A DNA stretch of 25,277 nt from Candidatus Poribacteria bacterium (GCA_963663765.2 CAXXUA010000010.1:1-25277); one strand, 5' to 3'. Shown: positions 7,710 to 17,786, counted from the first letter of the stretch. The notes: generated by a model not told the origin, from the sequence alone. Numbers and translations: made by a program.

Positions 7710-8026
7710 ATGAAAGAAATCAAAATCGGTTCTGGTAGAAACGACAATGGTCACATGAATAGACTGTTCTGAAATGGAAGGCACAAACGTAGTGACAGTA
7801 TGCGATACTCATCAGGAATCAGCGGATGCAGGGTGCTGCGAAGGTTGGTGTCATAGCATACACCGATGTCCGCAAACTTTTTGACAAGATGTCTCCTGAT
7901 GTTGTTGTACCTGCCCCGCTACATCATATCGTATCCTGCGATCTGTCCAGTCACCGCATCTCACATAACGTTGAAACAGGACTTGCCCGACACTCGGTTT
8001 GATGGATATGATTATAGCAATCGTAT
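7710..8026 (+). pseudogene. Degraded N-terminal remnant of a probable Gfo/Idh/MocA oxidoreductase
   Basis: Joined across about 3 frameshifts: MKEIKIG..GHMNRL / SEMEGTNVVTVCDTHQESADA / GAAKVGVIAYTDVRKLFDKMSPDVVVPAPLHHIVSC..HNVET / TLGLMDMII. This is recognition by eye only. Confidence 0.55.
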
Positions 8027-8949
8027 TTATACGTCTATGGTCTCTTGGAAGTCCTGAAAAGAGGTTGCAAGTGAAGCATTAAGGTTCACCTGCTTGAGTT
8101 GGTTGATGTCAGCAATAGCCTCAAGTCTGGGGATGAGGACATTGACATCTGCATGCGGGAAACGTGCTTTGATGACTGCCAATGTATTTTCAATACTCGT
8201 TTGGCGCGCCCCTTGTTCAATGCCTTGTTCAATGCCTTGTTCAATGCCTTGTTCAATGCCTCGTTCAATGCCTCGTTGGATCACATGTTCGTAAAAAGGT
8301 GAATCTTGCATGATTGCCTCCAGTAAAGGGTCCTGAAAAAATTCTTTGGGATGTGCTAAACTCCCGAAAAGCGAGAGTGCAAATAAAAGGGTAGCCCGCA
8401 TCTCTCTGTCAATATCAACTGTCTGGATCGTCTGAATACACTTCTCAACCCAGCTTTGAGGAGTCATGTCTGCGGGCGGTTTCATCAAAGCCGTGAAAGG
8501 CAATAACCCTACAGTTTCGGGGTCCAAGAACGCCTCACCCTCCAACTCATAGATACGGATGACGTTATACTGAAACCACACGCCGCCACGTTGTGCGTTT
8601 CCATACCTATAGAAACCAGGGTCCCTTTGTCCCGCGGGTGGACGGAAATACAACACCGTTGAATAAACATTCTTCTCATGTTCAAGGGCAAGAAAACTCG
8701 AATACGCCAGCATTCGTAAAGGCATCGGTTTATGGATGCTGTCGTCGGTTTGTGCCTCTATATGTAGGATCGCCTCCTCATCGGGCAGGCGCACATGAAA
8801 CGTCATATCACTATGATGCATCCGAACCGTGGCTTGCTCTGTGCTCAACCGTTCCACGACTTCCACCTCTGATGTTTTCAGTGCTAACACTGCCAAGTCC
8901 TGTGGGAACTCCCCAGTAACGTGTTGAAGATTTCATCATAATACGGCAT
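8027..8949 (-). pseudogene. Rpn family protein copy 2 with a -1 frameshift near codon 9 (8924-8925); the internal small ORF 8027..8311 is intact
   Basis: GTGTTGAAGA here versus GTGTTTGAAGA in copy 1. Otherwise ~99% identical, with 4 GIEQ units versus 3. Confidence 0.75.
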
Positions 8950-9089
8950 ATAATTATTATACATGCATTTATGAAGAAATGTCAAGATGTTTATAAGTAT
9001 CGGGTGTGTAAAGTTTTTGTAGAAACCCTGATATTATAGTGGATTTTAGAATTATTTTTACACTTTCAGGTGTAGGAGGGAACTCCTCT

Positions 9090-9433
9090 TTTGTGGGAGG
9101 GGTTTTCAACCCCGATTTGAGAGGAAAAGTGCATAAAATCGGGGTTGCAAACCCCTCCCACAAGAGGTGAAAATCCTTAAGTTGTCATTTCTCTTGTGGG
9201 AGGGGTTTTCAACTCCGATTTTAGAGGAAAAGTGCATAAAATCGGGGTTGCAAACCCCTCCCACAAGAGGTGAAAATCCTTAAATTGACGCTTATGGGGT
9301 GCGCTTACAAAGCACGCCTGCAGTTGGGGGTGGGGATGGCGCGCTTACAAAGCACGCCTGCAGTTTTTGGGAGTATGGAGCGCGCTTACAAAGCACGCCT
9401 GCAGTTGGGGGCGCGCTTACAAAGCACGCCTAC
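9090..9433. repeat. Two inverted doublets of REP B with degenerate CTTAAGTTG ends, followed by a REP A cluster next to the infB 3' end
   Basis: Direct inspection. Confidence 0.85.
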
Positions 9434-9455
9434 CGACCGTTGAACTACGTATCAA

Positions 9456-11582
9456 TCAAAGGGTACGTGCGATCTGTTCGTGGACGTAACATTCCAACAC
9501 ATCCCCAATTTCAATATCGTCAAATTCGTCTATACCGATACCGCATTCATAATTCGCTTGTACTTCGTTCACATTGTCTTTAAAACGTCTCAATGAATCG
9601 ACCTTACCTTCGTAAATCAAACGATTATCGCGTAGAACTCGGAGCGGTTGGTCCAATGCGATTCGACCCCAGTTAACATAACTGCCAGCAACTAATCCAA
9701 TACGTGGTGCTTTAAAGATTTCCCTGACCTCAGCTCGTCCGATAATCACTTCACGTACCTCTGGGTCTAACAGACCTTCCATTGCGGATCGGATATCAGA
9801 GATAATGTCGTAGATAACGGTATAGGTGCGGACATCAATTCCCTCGGTTTCGGTTGTTTTCACCGCTTCTGTTGTAGGGTGCACGTTGAACCCAACAACA
9901 ATAGCATCGGAGGCGGAGGCAAGTAGTATATCTGTCACTGTGATTCCACCCGTCGCTTCGTGAATTATATTGATCTTCACTTCAGGAGTGCTCAATTTTA
10001 TCAATGATTCCGCTATTGCTTGAACAGAACCTTGTACATCGCCTTTAACAATAACGTTCAGTTCCTTGATGTCCCCTTCCTGAATCTGCTGGAATAGGTC
10101 ATCCAAACTGACGTGGCTGTGTGTCCCCAGTTTAGAAATTCTGTACTTGTCTTGGCGTTCTTCACTGATAGCACGAGCGTCTTTTTCGGAGTCCACGACA
10201 AAGAATAGGTCCCCCGCTTCAGGTACTCCTGTAAACCCAAGCACCTCGACAGGCGTAGAAGGTCCGGCGACTTTAATCCTTTTGCCATCATCACTCATCA
10301 TCGCGCGAACTCTGCCGGAGTATCTCCCAGATACAAAAGTATCACCAACTTTTAGTGTGCCACTCTGTACTAAGACGGTTGCAATTGCTCCGCGACCTTT
10401 ATCCACTTGTGCTTCAATCGCAACACCGCGTGCAGATTTGTTTGGATTGGCTTTTAATTCCAAGAGTGCTGCTTCCAATAGCAACATCTCTAACAACAAC
10501 TCTATCCCTGTACCTTCTATGGCAGACACCTCTACACAGATCGTTTGCCCACCCCAATCTTCTGGTACCAAGTCATTATCTACCAACTGCTGTTTTACAT
10601 AATCTGAACGTGCACCTGGTACATCTATTTTGTTGATAGCAACCACAATCGGTACTTTCGCTGCTTTCGCGTGATTAATTGCCTCAATTGTTTGCGGCAT
10701 CACACCGTCATCCGCAGCAACGATAAGAACAACGATGTCTGTTGCTTGTGCACCACGCGCTCTCATTGCGGTAAACGCTGCGTGTCCTGGAGTATCAAGA
10801 AATACAATGTTGCCATTTTCTAATTCTACATGATATGCACCGATGTGCTGGGTGATGTTCCCCGCCTCAGATTCACTTACATTCGACTTGCGGATAGAAT
10901 CCAATAGGGATGTCTTACCGTGGTCAACGTGTCCCATAATCGTGATAACAGGTGCACGTGATACAAGCGATTCAGGCAGATCCTCTTCCTCAGACAAAAG
11001 TTTTTCTTCAAGTGTTTGTTCCGGCACTGCTTCAAAATCGTATTCTGCCCCCAACACTAACAATGTCTGATAATCTAACCTTTGGTTAATTGATGCCATC
11101 ACCTTCATTTTCATCAATTGCATAATCAAGTGTGTAGATTGCAAGTTAAGCAGTTTTGCCAACCCACCGACAGTAATACCCTCTTGTACTTGCGTACGTC
11201 TATCTGCAGGTGTTTTGTCATCTACTTCTTCAACACCACCTGCTTCTTCAACATCACCTGCTTCTTCAACATCACCTACTTCTTCAATATCACCTGTTTC
11301 TTCTTGTGTCTCCTTGTGGGTTTCTTCTTGTGTGATTTGTGACTCAGTTTCTTTTTTATCAATTATTTCTTGCTTGGGACTCAGTTCGGCTTCAACTAAC
11401 ATGATGGTATCCGGATCCAAAGAACTCATGTGATTTTTTATTGCCACACCTAAACCATTTAGTACATTAATAAGCTGCTTACTGCTTAATCCGTGGCGTT
11501 TTGCTAATTCATAGATTCTCACATTTTGGCTTTGCGTAGATTTTTTGGGAGTTTCAGCGGATTGCTGTTTTGTTTTTTTCAT
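9456..11582 (-). CDS. infB: Translation initiation factor IF-2
   Basis: VRIYELAK N-domain, [35 protein letters not shown]. Confidence 0.99.
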   Translation of the reverse strand: MKKTKQQSAETPKKSTQSQNVRIYELAKRHGLSSKQLINVLNGLGVAIKNHMSSLDPDTIMLVEAELSPKQEIIDKKETESQITQEETHKETQEETGDIEEVGDVEEAGDVEEAGGVEEVDDKTPADRRTQVQEGITVGGLAKLLNLQSTHLIMQLMKMKVMASINQRLDYQTLLVLGAEYDFEAVPEQTLEEKLLSEEEDLPESLVSRAPVITIMGHVDHGKTSLLDSIRKSNVSESEAGNITQHIGAYHVELENGNIVFLDTPGHAAFTAMRARGAQATDIVVLIVAADDGVMPQTIEAINHAKAAKVPIVVAINKIDVPGARSDYVKQQLVDNDLVPEDWGGQTICVEVSAIEGTGIELLLEMLLLEAALLELKANPNKSARGVAIEAQVDKGRGAIATVLVQSGTLKVGDTFVSGRYSGRVRAMMSDDGKRIKVAGPSTPVEVLGFTGVPEAGDLFFVVDSEKDARAISEERQDKYRISKLGTHSHVSLDDLFQQIQEGDIKELNVIVKGDVQGSVQAIAESLIKLSTPEVKINIIHEATGGITVTDILLASASDAIVVGFNVHPTTEAVKTTETEGIDVRTYTVIYDIISDIRSAMEGLLDPEVREVIIGRAEVREIFKAPRIGLVAGSYVNWGRIALDQPLRVLRDNRLIYEGKVDSLRRFKDNVNEVQANYECGIGIDEFDDIEIGDVLECYVHEQIARTL

Positions 11583-11862
11583 CGGCGATTATCTCCTTTT
11601 CAAGTAGTGCTTGTTTGAACTCGGTGATAACCGATTTCGTCAGGTGCACTCGTAGCAATGCGTTTATCCGTTTGGGTGCATTAAATGCTGCTTCAATGCA
11701 ACATTTAGAACGACAGACATAGGCGCCACGTCCGGGAAGTTTTTTTATTGAGTCCATTTCCAAAACGTTACCTATGCGACATACAAAACGGATTAACATT
11801 TTCTGTGGAAATTTAAAACGGCACCCAATACAGGTGCGAATAGGAACTTTCATACTTTTCAC
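11554..11862 (-). CDS. ylxR: YlxR / DUF448 family RNA-binding protein (start may be ATG 11853)
   Basis: PIRTCIGC...GRGAYVC..CC signature; overlaps the infB start. Confidence 0.92.
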   Translation of the reverse strand: MKSMKVPIRTCIGCRFKFPQKMLIRFVCRIGNVLEMDSIKKLPGRGAYVCRSKCCIEAAFNAPKRINALLRVHLTKSVITEFKQALLEKEIIADEKNKTAIR

Positions 11863-12105
11863 TGGCTGACTGTGTAGACAAGTTATTTTTATAACGACTT
11901 GTGCCAGTTACCCCATTGTTTTCAAAGTTTTTACATATATTAGGTTTATAATGCACACATATCGTCCCTACGGGACTAAAGAGGGTTTGTCAAGGATTTC
12001 TATAAACATACAGGGTTATTTAGTTTTAATAATTATCAGTTAATGGGTGTTACTTAAAGTTTATATCGTAGTCTATCATGTCGGGTTTCGCTCACGCTCT
12101 ACCCA

Positions 12106-13309
12106 TAGGTGTCAACTTAAGGATTCTGATCTCTTGTGGGAGGGGTTTTCAACCCCGATTTTATGTTCATTTCCACTCAAATCGGGGTTACAAACCCCTC
12201 CCACAAGAGAATATGCCAACAATATTTTCTTAAGTTGACACCTATCAAATGGGGGTTACAAACCCCTCCCACAAGAGAATATGCCAACAATATTTTCTTA
12301 AGTTGACACCTATCAAATGGGGGTTACAAACCCCTCCCACAAGAGAAAATGACAACAATATTTTCTTAAGTTGAGACCTATCAAATGGGGGTTACAAACC
12401 CCTCCCACAAGAGAATATGCCAACACATTTTTCTTAAGTTGACACCTATCAAATGGGGGTTACAAACCCCTCCCACAAGAGAATATGCCAACACATTTTT
12501 CTTAAGTTGACACCTATCAAATGGGGGTTACAAACCCCTCCCACAAGAGAATATGCCAACACATTTTTCTTAAGTTGACACCTATCAAATCGGTGTTACA
12601 AACCCCTCCCACAAGAGAAGTTGACACCTATCAAATCGGGGTTACAAACCCCTCCCACAAGAGAATATGCCAACAATATTTTCTTAAGTTGACACCTATC
12701 AAATGGGGGTTACAAACCCCTCCCACAAGAGAATATGCCAACAATATTTTCTTAAGTTTACACCTATCAAATCGGGGTTACAAACCCCTCCCACAAGAGA
12801 ATATACCAACAATATTTTCTTAAGTTTACACCTATCAAATCGGGGTTACAAACCCCTCCTACAAGAGAATATGCCAACTCAAATCGGGGTTACAAACCCC
12901 TCCTACAAGAGAATATGCCAACTCAAATCGGGGTTACAAACCCCTCCCACAAGAGAATATGCCAACAATATTTTCTTAAGTTGACACCTATCGGGGTTAC
13001 AAACCCCTCCTACAAGAGAATATGCCAACTCAAATCGGGGTTACAAACCCCTCCCACAAGAGAATATGCCAACTCAAATCGGGGTTACAAACCCCTCCTA
13101 CAAGAGAAGTTGACACCTATCAAATCGGGGTTACAAACCCCTCCTACAAGAGAAGTTGACACCTATCAAATCGGGGTTACAAACCCCTCCCACAAGAGAA
13201 TATGCCAACTCAAATCGGGGTTACAAACCCCTCCTACAAGAGAATATGCCAACTCAAATCGGGGTTACAAACCCCTCCTACAAGAGAATATGCCAACAAT
13301 ATTTTCTTA
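12106..13309. repeat. One full MITE/REPIN-like element (12106-12244) extended into a tandem array of about 20 REP B copies built from 68-, 46- and 44-bp units
   Basis: Core CAAAT(C/G)GGGGTTACAAACCCCTCC(C/T)ACAAGAGA, with optional ATATGCCAAC, AATATTTTCTT and AAGTTGACACCTAT modules. Confidence 0.92.
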
Positions 13310-13315
13310 ATGGGA

Positions 13316-14701
13316 TTATATATTCTCCTCAGATTCGGGTTCAGTTTCGATATCCGAATCATTTGTATTCTCTGAGAGAGTTTCAATAAGGTCTTCAGTG
13401 GCTGTTTCATCTCCATTGTCCGTAGACATCTCTTCGGGATTATCAGATGTATCTTCTGTTTCTGCTGTTTCTGCTGTATCCTCTGAGAGAGTTTCAATAA
13501 CGTCTTCAGTGGCTGTTTCATCTCCATTGTCCGTAGACGTCTCATCGGGATTATCAGATGTATCTTCTGTTTCTGCTGCATCCTCAGTTTCATTTGAATC
13601 CCCTTTAAATAACGTCTCCAGCGTAACAGGTGCTTCGGAATCGCTCTTTATGTCAATATGCCATTCGGTGAGTTTTGCAGCGAGACGTGCGTTTTGTCCC
13701 CTTCTACCGATAGCAAGAGACAATTTATCATCAATAACGATGACGTTTGCGATCTTTTCCTCTTCGTTGAGTTCAACTCGACGTATTTCTGCGGGTTTTA
13801 AGTTCAAAGCGTTAGAAATATAGGTACGTGGGTCCTCGCTCCATTCAATAATATCAATTTTCTCGTTTTTAAGTTCGCGAACAATTGTTTGTACTCGTGC
13901 GCCTCTAACACCTACACATGTCCCTAATGCGTCAATACCGTCTTCGGTAGCAGTGACAGCAACTTTTGCGCGGAATCCTGGATCTCGTACAACATTGAGT
14001 ACCCGGACCTGTCCATCATAAACTTCTGGCACCTCATGTTCGAATAACCTTGCTATTAGGTCTGGATGTGTTCGGGATACAACTATCTGTTCTCCAGTCA
14101 TGGTATCTTTTACTTCCAAGATCAGACACCGCAAGGAGTCGCCCCGAGTGTACCGGTGGTGTAGTGGGATCTGGCTTGCTGGCAATAGTGCCTCGGTGCG
14201 TAAGACGTCTGTTCGTTCCAAATCAATAATGGCATTTGGTCCGTCATACCGTTGTAGGTAGCCGACAATGATTTCGCCTTCTCGTCCTTCAAATTCACTG
14301 TAAATTAGTTCGCGTTCCGCTTCTCTAAGTTTCCCCAGTAGAATCTGCCGTCCTAATTGTGCTTGTATCCGTCCGAATTCGTCAGGACTGATTTCAACAT
14401 CGATCATATCCCCTATTTTCGCGTCCGGATCAAGTTTTTGTGCCACCTCAATAGGAATCTCAGTTGAGAAATCTTGCATGATATTAACGACCTTTTTTGG
14501 TACGTGGCACTTAATTTCCTCATTAGCAAGATTGATATCTACGGATACCTTTGACTCAGAACCGTAGTGTCGCAATGCGATTGAACGTAATGCATCTTCA
14601 ATAGCGCCGATAAAAACATCCTCCGGCAAATCGGTGTGTCCCATCATTTGCCGAATAGATTGCTGTAAACTTTCTCTTCTATCTTCAGTTCTCTGTTTCA
14701 T
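13316..14701 (-). CDS. nusA: Transcription termination/antitermination factor NusA with an acidic duplicated tail
   Basis: FGRIQAQ, S1 domain, SRTHP..EVPEV, RDPGFRAKVAV, CVGVRGARVQ, SLAIGRRGQNARLAAKLT. AGGAG precedes ATG 14701. Confidence 0.97.
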   Translation of the reverse strand: MKQRTEDRRESLQQSIRQMMGHTDLPEDVFIGAIEDALRSIALRHYGSESKVSVDINLANEEIKCHVPKKVVNIMQDFSTEIPIEVAQKLDPDAKIGDMIDVEISPDEFGRIQAQLGRQILLGKLREAERELIYSEFEGREGEIIVGYLQRYDGPNAIIDLERTDVLRTEALLPASQIPLHHRYTRGDSLRCLILEVKDTMTGEQIVVSRTHPDLIARLFEHEVPEVYDGQVRVLNVVRDPGFRAKVAVTATEDGIDALGTCVGVRGARVQTIVRELKNEKIDIIEWSEDPRTYISNALNLKPAEIRRVELNEEEKIANVIVIDDKLSLAIGRRGQNARLAAKLTEWHIDIKSDSEAPVTLETLFKGDSNETEDAAETEDTSDNPDETSTDNGDETATEDVIETLSEDTAETAETEDTSDNPEEMSTDNGDETATEDLIETLSENTNDSDIETEPESEENI

Positions 14702-14750
14702 ATTTCTCCTAATCATGGTGCAGTTCGTAAGTGGATATGATTCCGACTGA

Positions 14751-15218
14751 TTACCACACGAGTTGGATATATCCTTTACATACTCGCGCAATTTCAATAT
14801 GGACGGGTTCACCCGATGTTTGTTGCAAAGTTACACACCCATCAACGGCATTTATTATTTCTCCTTTAACTTCGTGCAGTTGTCCGTTGGATGCGGTAGC
14901 CTCAATTAGAACGGTTCTTCCTATATTTCGCTGAAAATCAGGTTCTGTTGTCAAAGGACGATCAATTCCTGGTGAAGCAATTTCCAGTTGTTTGAATTCT
15001 GTTAGTATCTGGTGTACTTCTAATATTGGACGAACCGTTTGATTCACTGCTTGACAATCTGATACGGAAAGACCGCCTTGTTTGTGTATTAGCAGACGTA
15101 ATATCTGATTTTTTCGGTTTTTTGCTATTTCTACAGCGACCAGTTCAAAACCCTCTGTATTAAGGAGAGGCGTTAACATATCTGCAACAGTTGCTTCAAT
15201 ACCATCTGCCATTTTCAT
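14751..15218 (-). CDS. rimP: Ribosome maturation factor RimP
   Basis: GFELVAVE, GGLSVSDC, LEIASPGIDRPL; first gene of the operon. Confidence 0.95.
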   Translation of the reverse strand: MKMADGIEATVADMLTPLLNTEGFELVAVEIAKNRKNQILRLLIHKQGGLSVSDCQAVNQTVRPILEVHQILTEFKQLEIASPGIDRPLTTEPDFQRNIGRTVLIEATASNGQLHEVKGEIINAVDGCVTLQQTSGEPVHIEIARVCKGYIQLVW

Positions 15219-15229
15219 AGGACCTCTAT

Positions 15230-15274
15230 AAAAACAAAAAACGCGATTGTTCTCTTTTGTGGAGAGCCTCGCGG
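15230..15274 (-). terminator. Weak terminator/attenuator-like hairpin in the rimP leader
   Basis: Minus strand: CGCGA-ggcTCTC-cacaaaa-GAGA-acaa-TCGCG followed by TTTTTTGTTTTT, just before the rimP RBS. Confidence 0.6.
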
Positions 15275-15509
15275 TTCTTCATTCGCGAAGTGTCCAATCC
15301 CAACGAAATAGGAATAGACCTGCGCTTTTACCACTGAAACAGTAGTAATCTGAATTTGACCTAAAACCTATAAAGTTAGCATGATAATACTTCCTTTTTG
15401 GGAATTATGTCATATTCAAGACGCACAAACAAGTTTCTTAAGACACCTAATAACTTCACCACTGAGTCCTCTGAATAAGTTTTCAGTTTAAGACGTATAT
15501 ACATTTAAT

Positions 15510-15538
15510 AGTTTAATCTATGTACAAACTTTTGTCAA
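15510..15538 (-). promoter_or_regulatory. Probable sigma70 promoter of the rimP-nusA-infB operon
   Basis: Minus strand: TTGACA-N17-TAAACT. Confidence 0.6.
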
Positions 15539-15548
15539 GATTTATTTT

Positions 15549-16470
15549 GGGTGTGTAAAGTTTTTGCACAGAGGTACTAACTTTTGTTCTCTTTAGTCCC
15601 GTAGGGACGCAATGTTTATAGAAAGACGTTATCACCCTCTCTTGAGTTCCATAGGAACGACATAGAAGAATAAACATATCGTCCCTACCAAATCAACGCC
15701 AAATGCGCCAAATCAACGGTATGAATGCCATTTAGGCATTCCCCGTATGGCATTTGTCGGGACTAAAGAGTATGTGCTATGGCGTATTTCTATAAACATA
15801 TCGTCCCTACCAAATCAACGCCAAATGCGCCAAATCAACGGTATGAATGCCATATGGAGATTAATAAATAAATTAGGTGATTCTATCTAACCCACCCTGG
15901 TAGGCATGTTGGCACATCAAGTCCCAATAGCGCGCTTACAAAGCACGCCTACCATCGGGGGCGCGCTTACAAAGCACCAAATCAACGGTATGGGTGTGTA
16001 AAGTTTTTGCACAGAGGTACTAACTTTTGTTCTCTTTAGTCCCGTAGGGACGCAATGTTTATAGATAGGTGTAATCACCCTCTCTTGAGTTCCGTAGGAA
16101 CGACATAGAAGAATAAACATATCGTCCCTACGGGACTAAAGAACTGGGAAGGGCACTTGTTTTCTATAAACATATCGTCCCTACGGGACTAAAGAACTGG
16201 GAAGGGCACTTGTTTTCTATAAACATATCGTCCCTACGGGACTAAAGAACTGGGAAGGGCACTTGTTTTCTATAAACATATCGTCCCTACGGGACTAAAG
16301 AACTGGGAAGGGCACTTGTTTTCTATAAACATATCGTCCCTACGGGACTAAAGAGGATGTACTATGGCGTTTTTCTATAAACATATCGTCCCTACGGGAC
16401 TAAAGAGGATGTACTATGGCGTTTTTCTATAAACATATCGTCCCTACGGGACTGAAGAGGATGTACTATG
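15549..16470. repeat. Repeat mosaic: ~140-bp direct repeat (15549-15688 and 15992-16131), nested micro-elements, a REP A pair and a REP C array of about 7 units of 52-53 bp
   Basis: GGGTGTGTAAAGTTTTTG starts (also at 9002); AAACATATCGTCCCTACGGGACTAAAGA units with two linker types. Confidence 0.88.
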
Positions 16471-16678
16471 ACATAAATAAAAATAACTTCAGGTTTTCGT
16501 TGAAGTATTTTTATTTATCATAGCGTCTAATTTGACGATAGAATCTGACAGAATAATTTATATGCACAATCTGGCAGAATGTGCTACAACTGCCCGCACA
16601 ATCTGGAAGAATGTCTATTATTGGCGAAGGTATTGATTTCTATCATAACTTGCTTGACGTTAGGGAACTGAGGACATC

Positions 16679-16705
16679 GTAGGGGCGGGGAGACCCCGCC
16701 CCTAC
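16679..16705. repeat. REP family E palindrome GTAGGGGCGGGGAGACCCCGCCCCTAC
   Basis: Perfect 12-bp stem starting with GTAG; single copy in the window. Confidence 0.65.
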
Positions 16706-16756
16706 GGCACAGTAACCAAAATTTTACACATCCCTTCGGTGCTTGACAGGAACAAT

Positions 16757-17181
16757 TGCAGGCGTGCTTTGTAAGCGCGCCATCCCCGCCCTCCCCTGCA
16801 GGCGTGCCTCGCCCTCCCCTGCAGGCGTGCTTTGTAAGCGCGCTCCGTTCTCCCAAAAACTGCAGGCGTGCTTTGTCCGCGCGCCATCCCCGCCCTCCCC
16901 TGCAGGCGTGCTTACAAAGCACGCCATCCCCGCCCTCCCCTGCAGGCGTGCTTTGTAAGCACGCTCCGTTCTCCCAAAAACTGCAGTCGTGCTTTGTAAG
17001 CGCGCCGTTTTTTTTTTGGCAGTCGTGTTTTGTAAGCGCGCTCCGTTCTCCCAAACTGTATGCGTGCTATGTAAGCGCGCCGATTTTATGGTAGGCGCGC
17101 TTACAAAGCACGCCTGCAGGTGCGGGGCAGGTGGGGGGCGCGCTTACAAAGCACGCCTGCAGGTGAGGGCGGGGATGGCGA
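16757..17181. repeat. REP family A cluster; orientation flips at about 17090
   Basis: About 9 GCAGGCGTGCTTTGTAAGCGCGC-like units, then 2 reverse units. Confidence 0.88.
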
Positions 17182-17238
17182 TTCTGAACACCAAATACAC
17201 AATACAAAGACATATAACAAACATAAACATAGTATGTG

Positions 17239-17786
17239 TTGACAAAATCCAATAAATATGATATAAAAATAGAACTGAACAGCATTCGCTTATCTACAAT
17301 AACAACACATAATAAAATGTCAAAAAATACAAATATCTATATATTATATTTGACAAAGACTTTTAATGATGCTATAATACTTAACTATAAGCATTTATTA
17401 GCACTATAAGAAGCAAATAAATCGCGAAAATATGGATTTATAACATATATAGTCAGATAAAGTAAATTTATTGAATATTTACTTGACAAAGACATGTAAT
17501 GATGTTATAATAAGTAAATAATTTAGTCAATACGGCAATTTATATTGACAAAATTTTGAACTTCTGTTTTAATGTGGAAAGAAATCATATATAGTGGTAA
17601 AATATAAGAAATTGGCAATAATATTTGACAAAGACTTATAATGGTGTTAAAATACGTAAATAATAGGTATTTACAACCGATTTGTTTATTTTGTAACGAA
17701 CGCGAATATATATACGTAATATATGTCATATAAATATATAGAATTGTAACTTTAACTTGACATAGACGTAATATGTGTTATAAAAT
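17239..17786 (+). promoter_or_regulatory. Array of six tandem near-consensus sigma70 promoters
   Basis: TTGACA at 17239, 17350, 17483, 17545, 17625 and 17757. Each has a TG-n extended -10 at a 17-nt spacer (16 nt for the last): TATAAA, TATAAT, TATAAT, TTTAAT, TAAAAT, TATAAA. Confidence 0.85.

Noticed and set aside
6392-8949. Calling the rpn genes insertion-sequence transposases
   Set aside because: There are no gene-proximal inverted repeats or target duplications at the duplication boundaries, and Rpn proteins are not established transposases.
12047-13389. Plus-strand ORFs in the REP B array (SGLQTPPTRE repeats)
   Set aside because: Open frames arise in all phases from the repeat period; there is no evidence of coding.
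14702-14812. Longer nusA start overlapping rimP
   Set aside because: AGGAG precedes ATG 14701, and the extension overlaps rimP without NusA similarity.
16584-17285. Overlapping ORFs on both strands (also 1643..1849, 22881..23216 and 24760..24975)
   Set aside because: They are REP A translations (ALTKHAC, RLQSTPA, QACFVSA).
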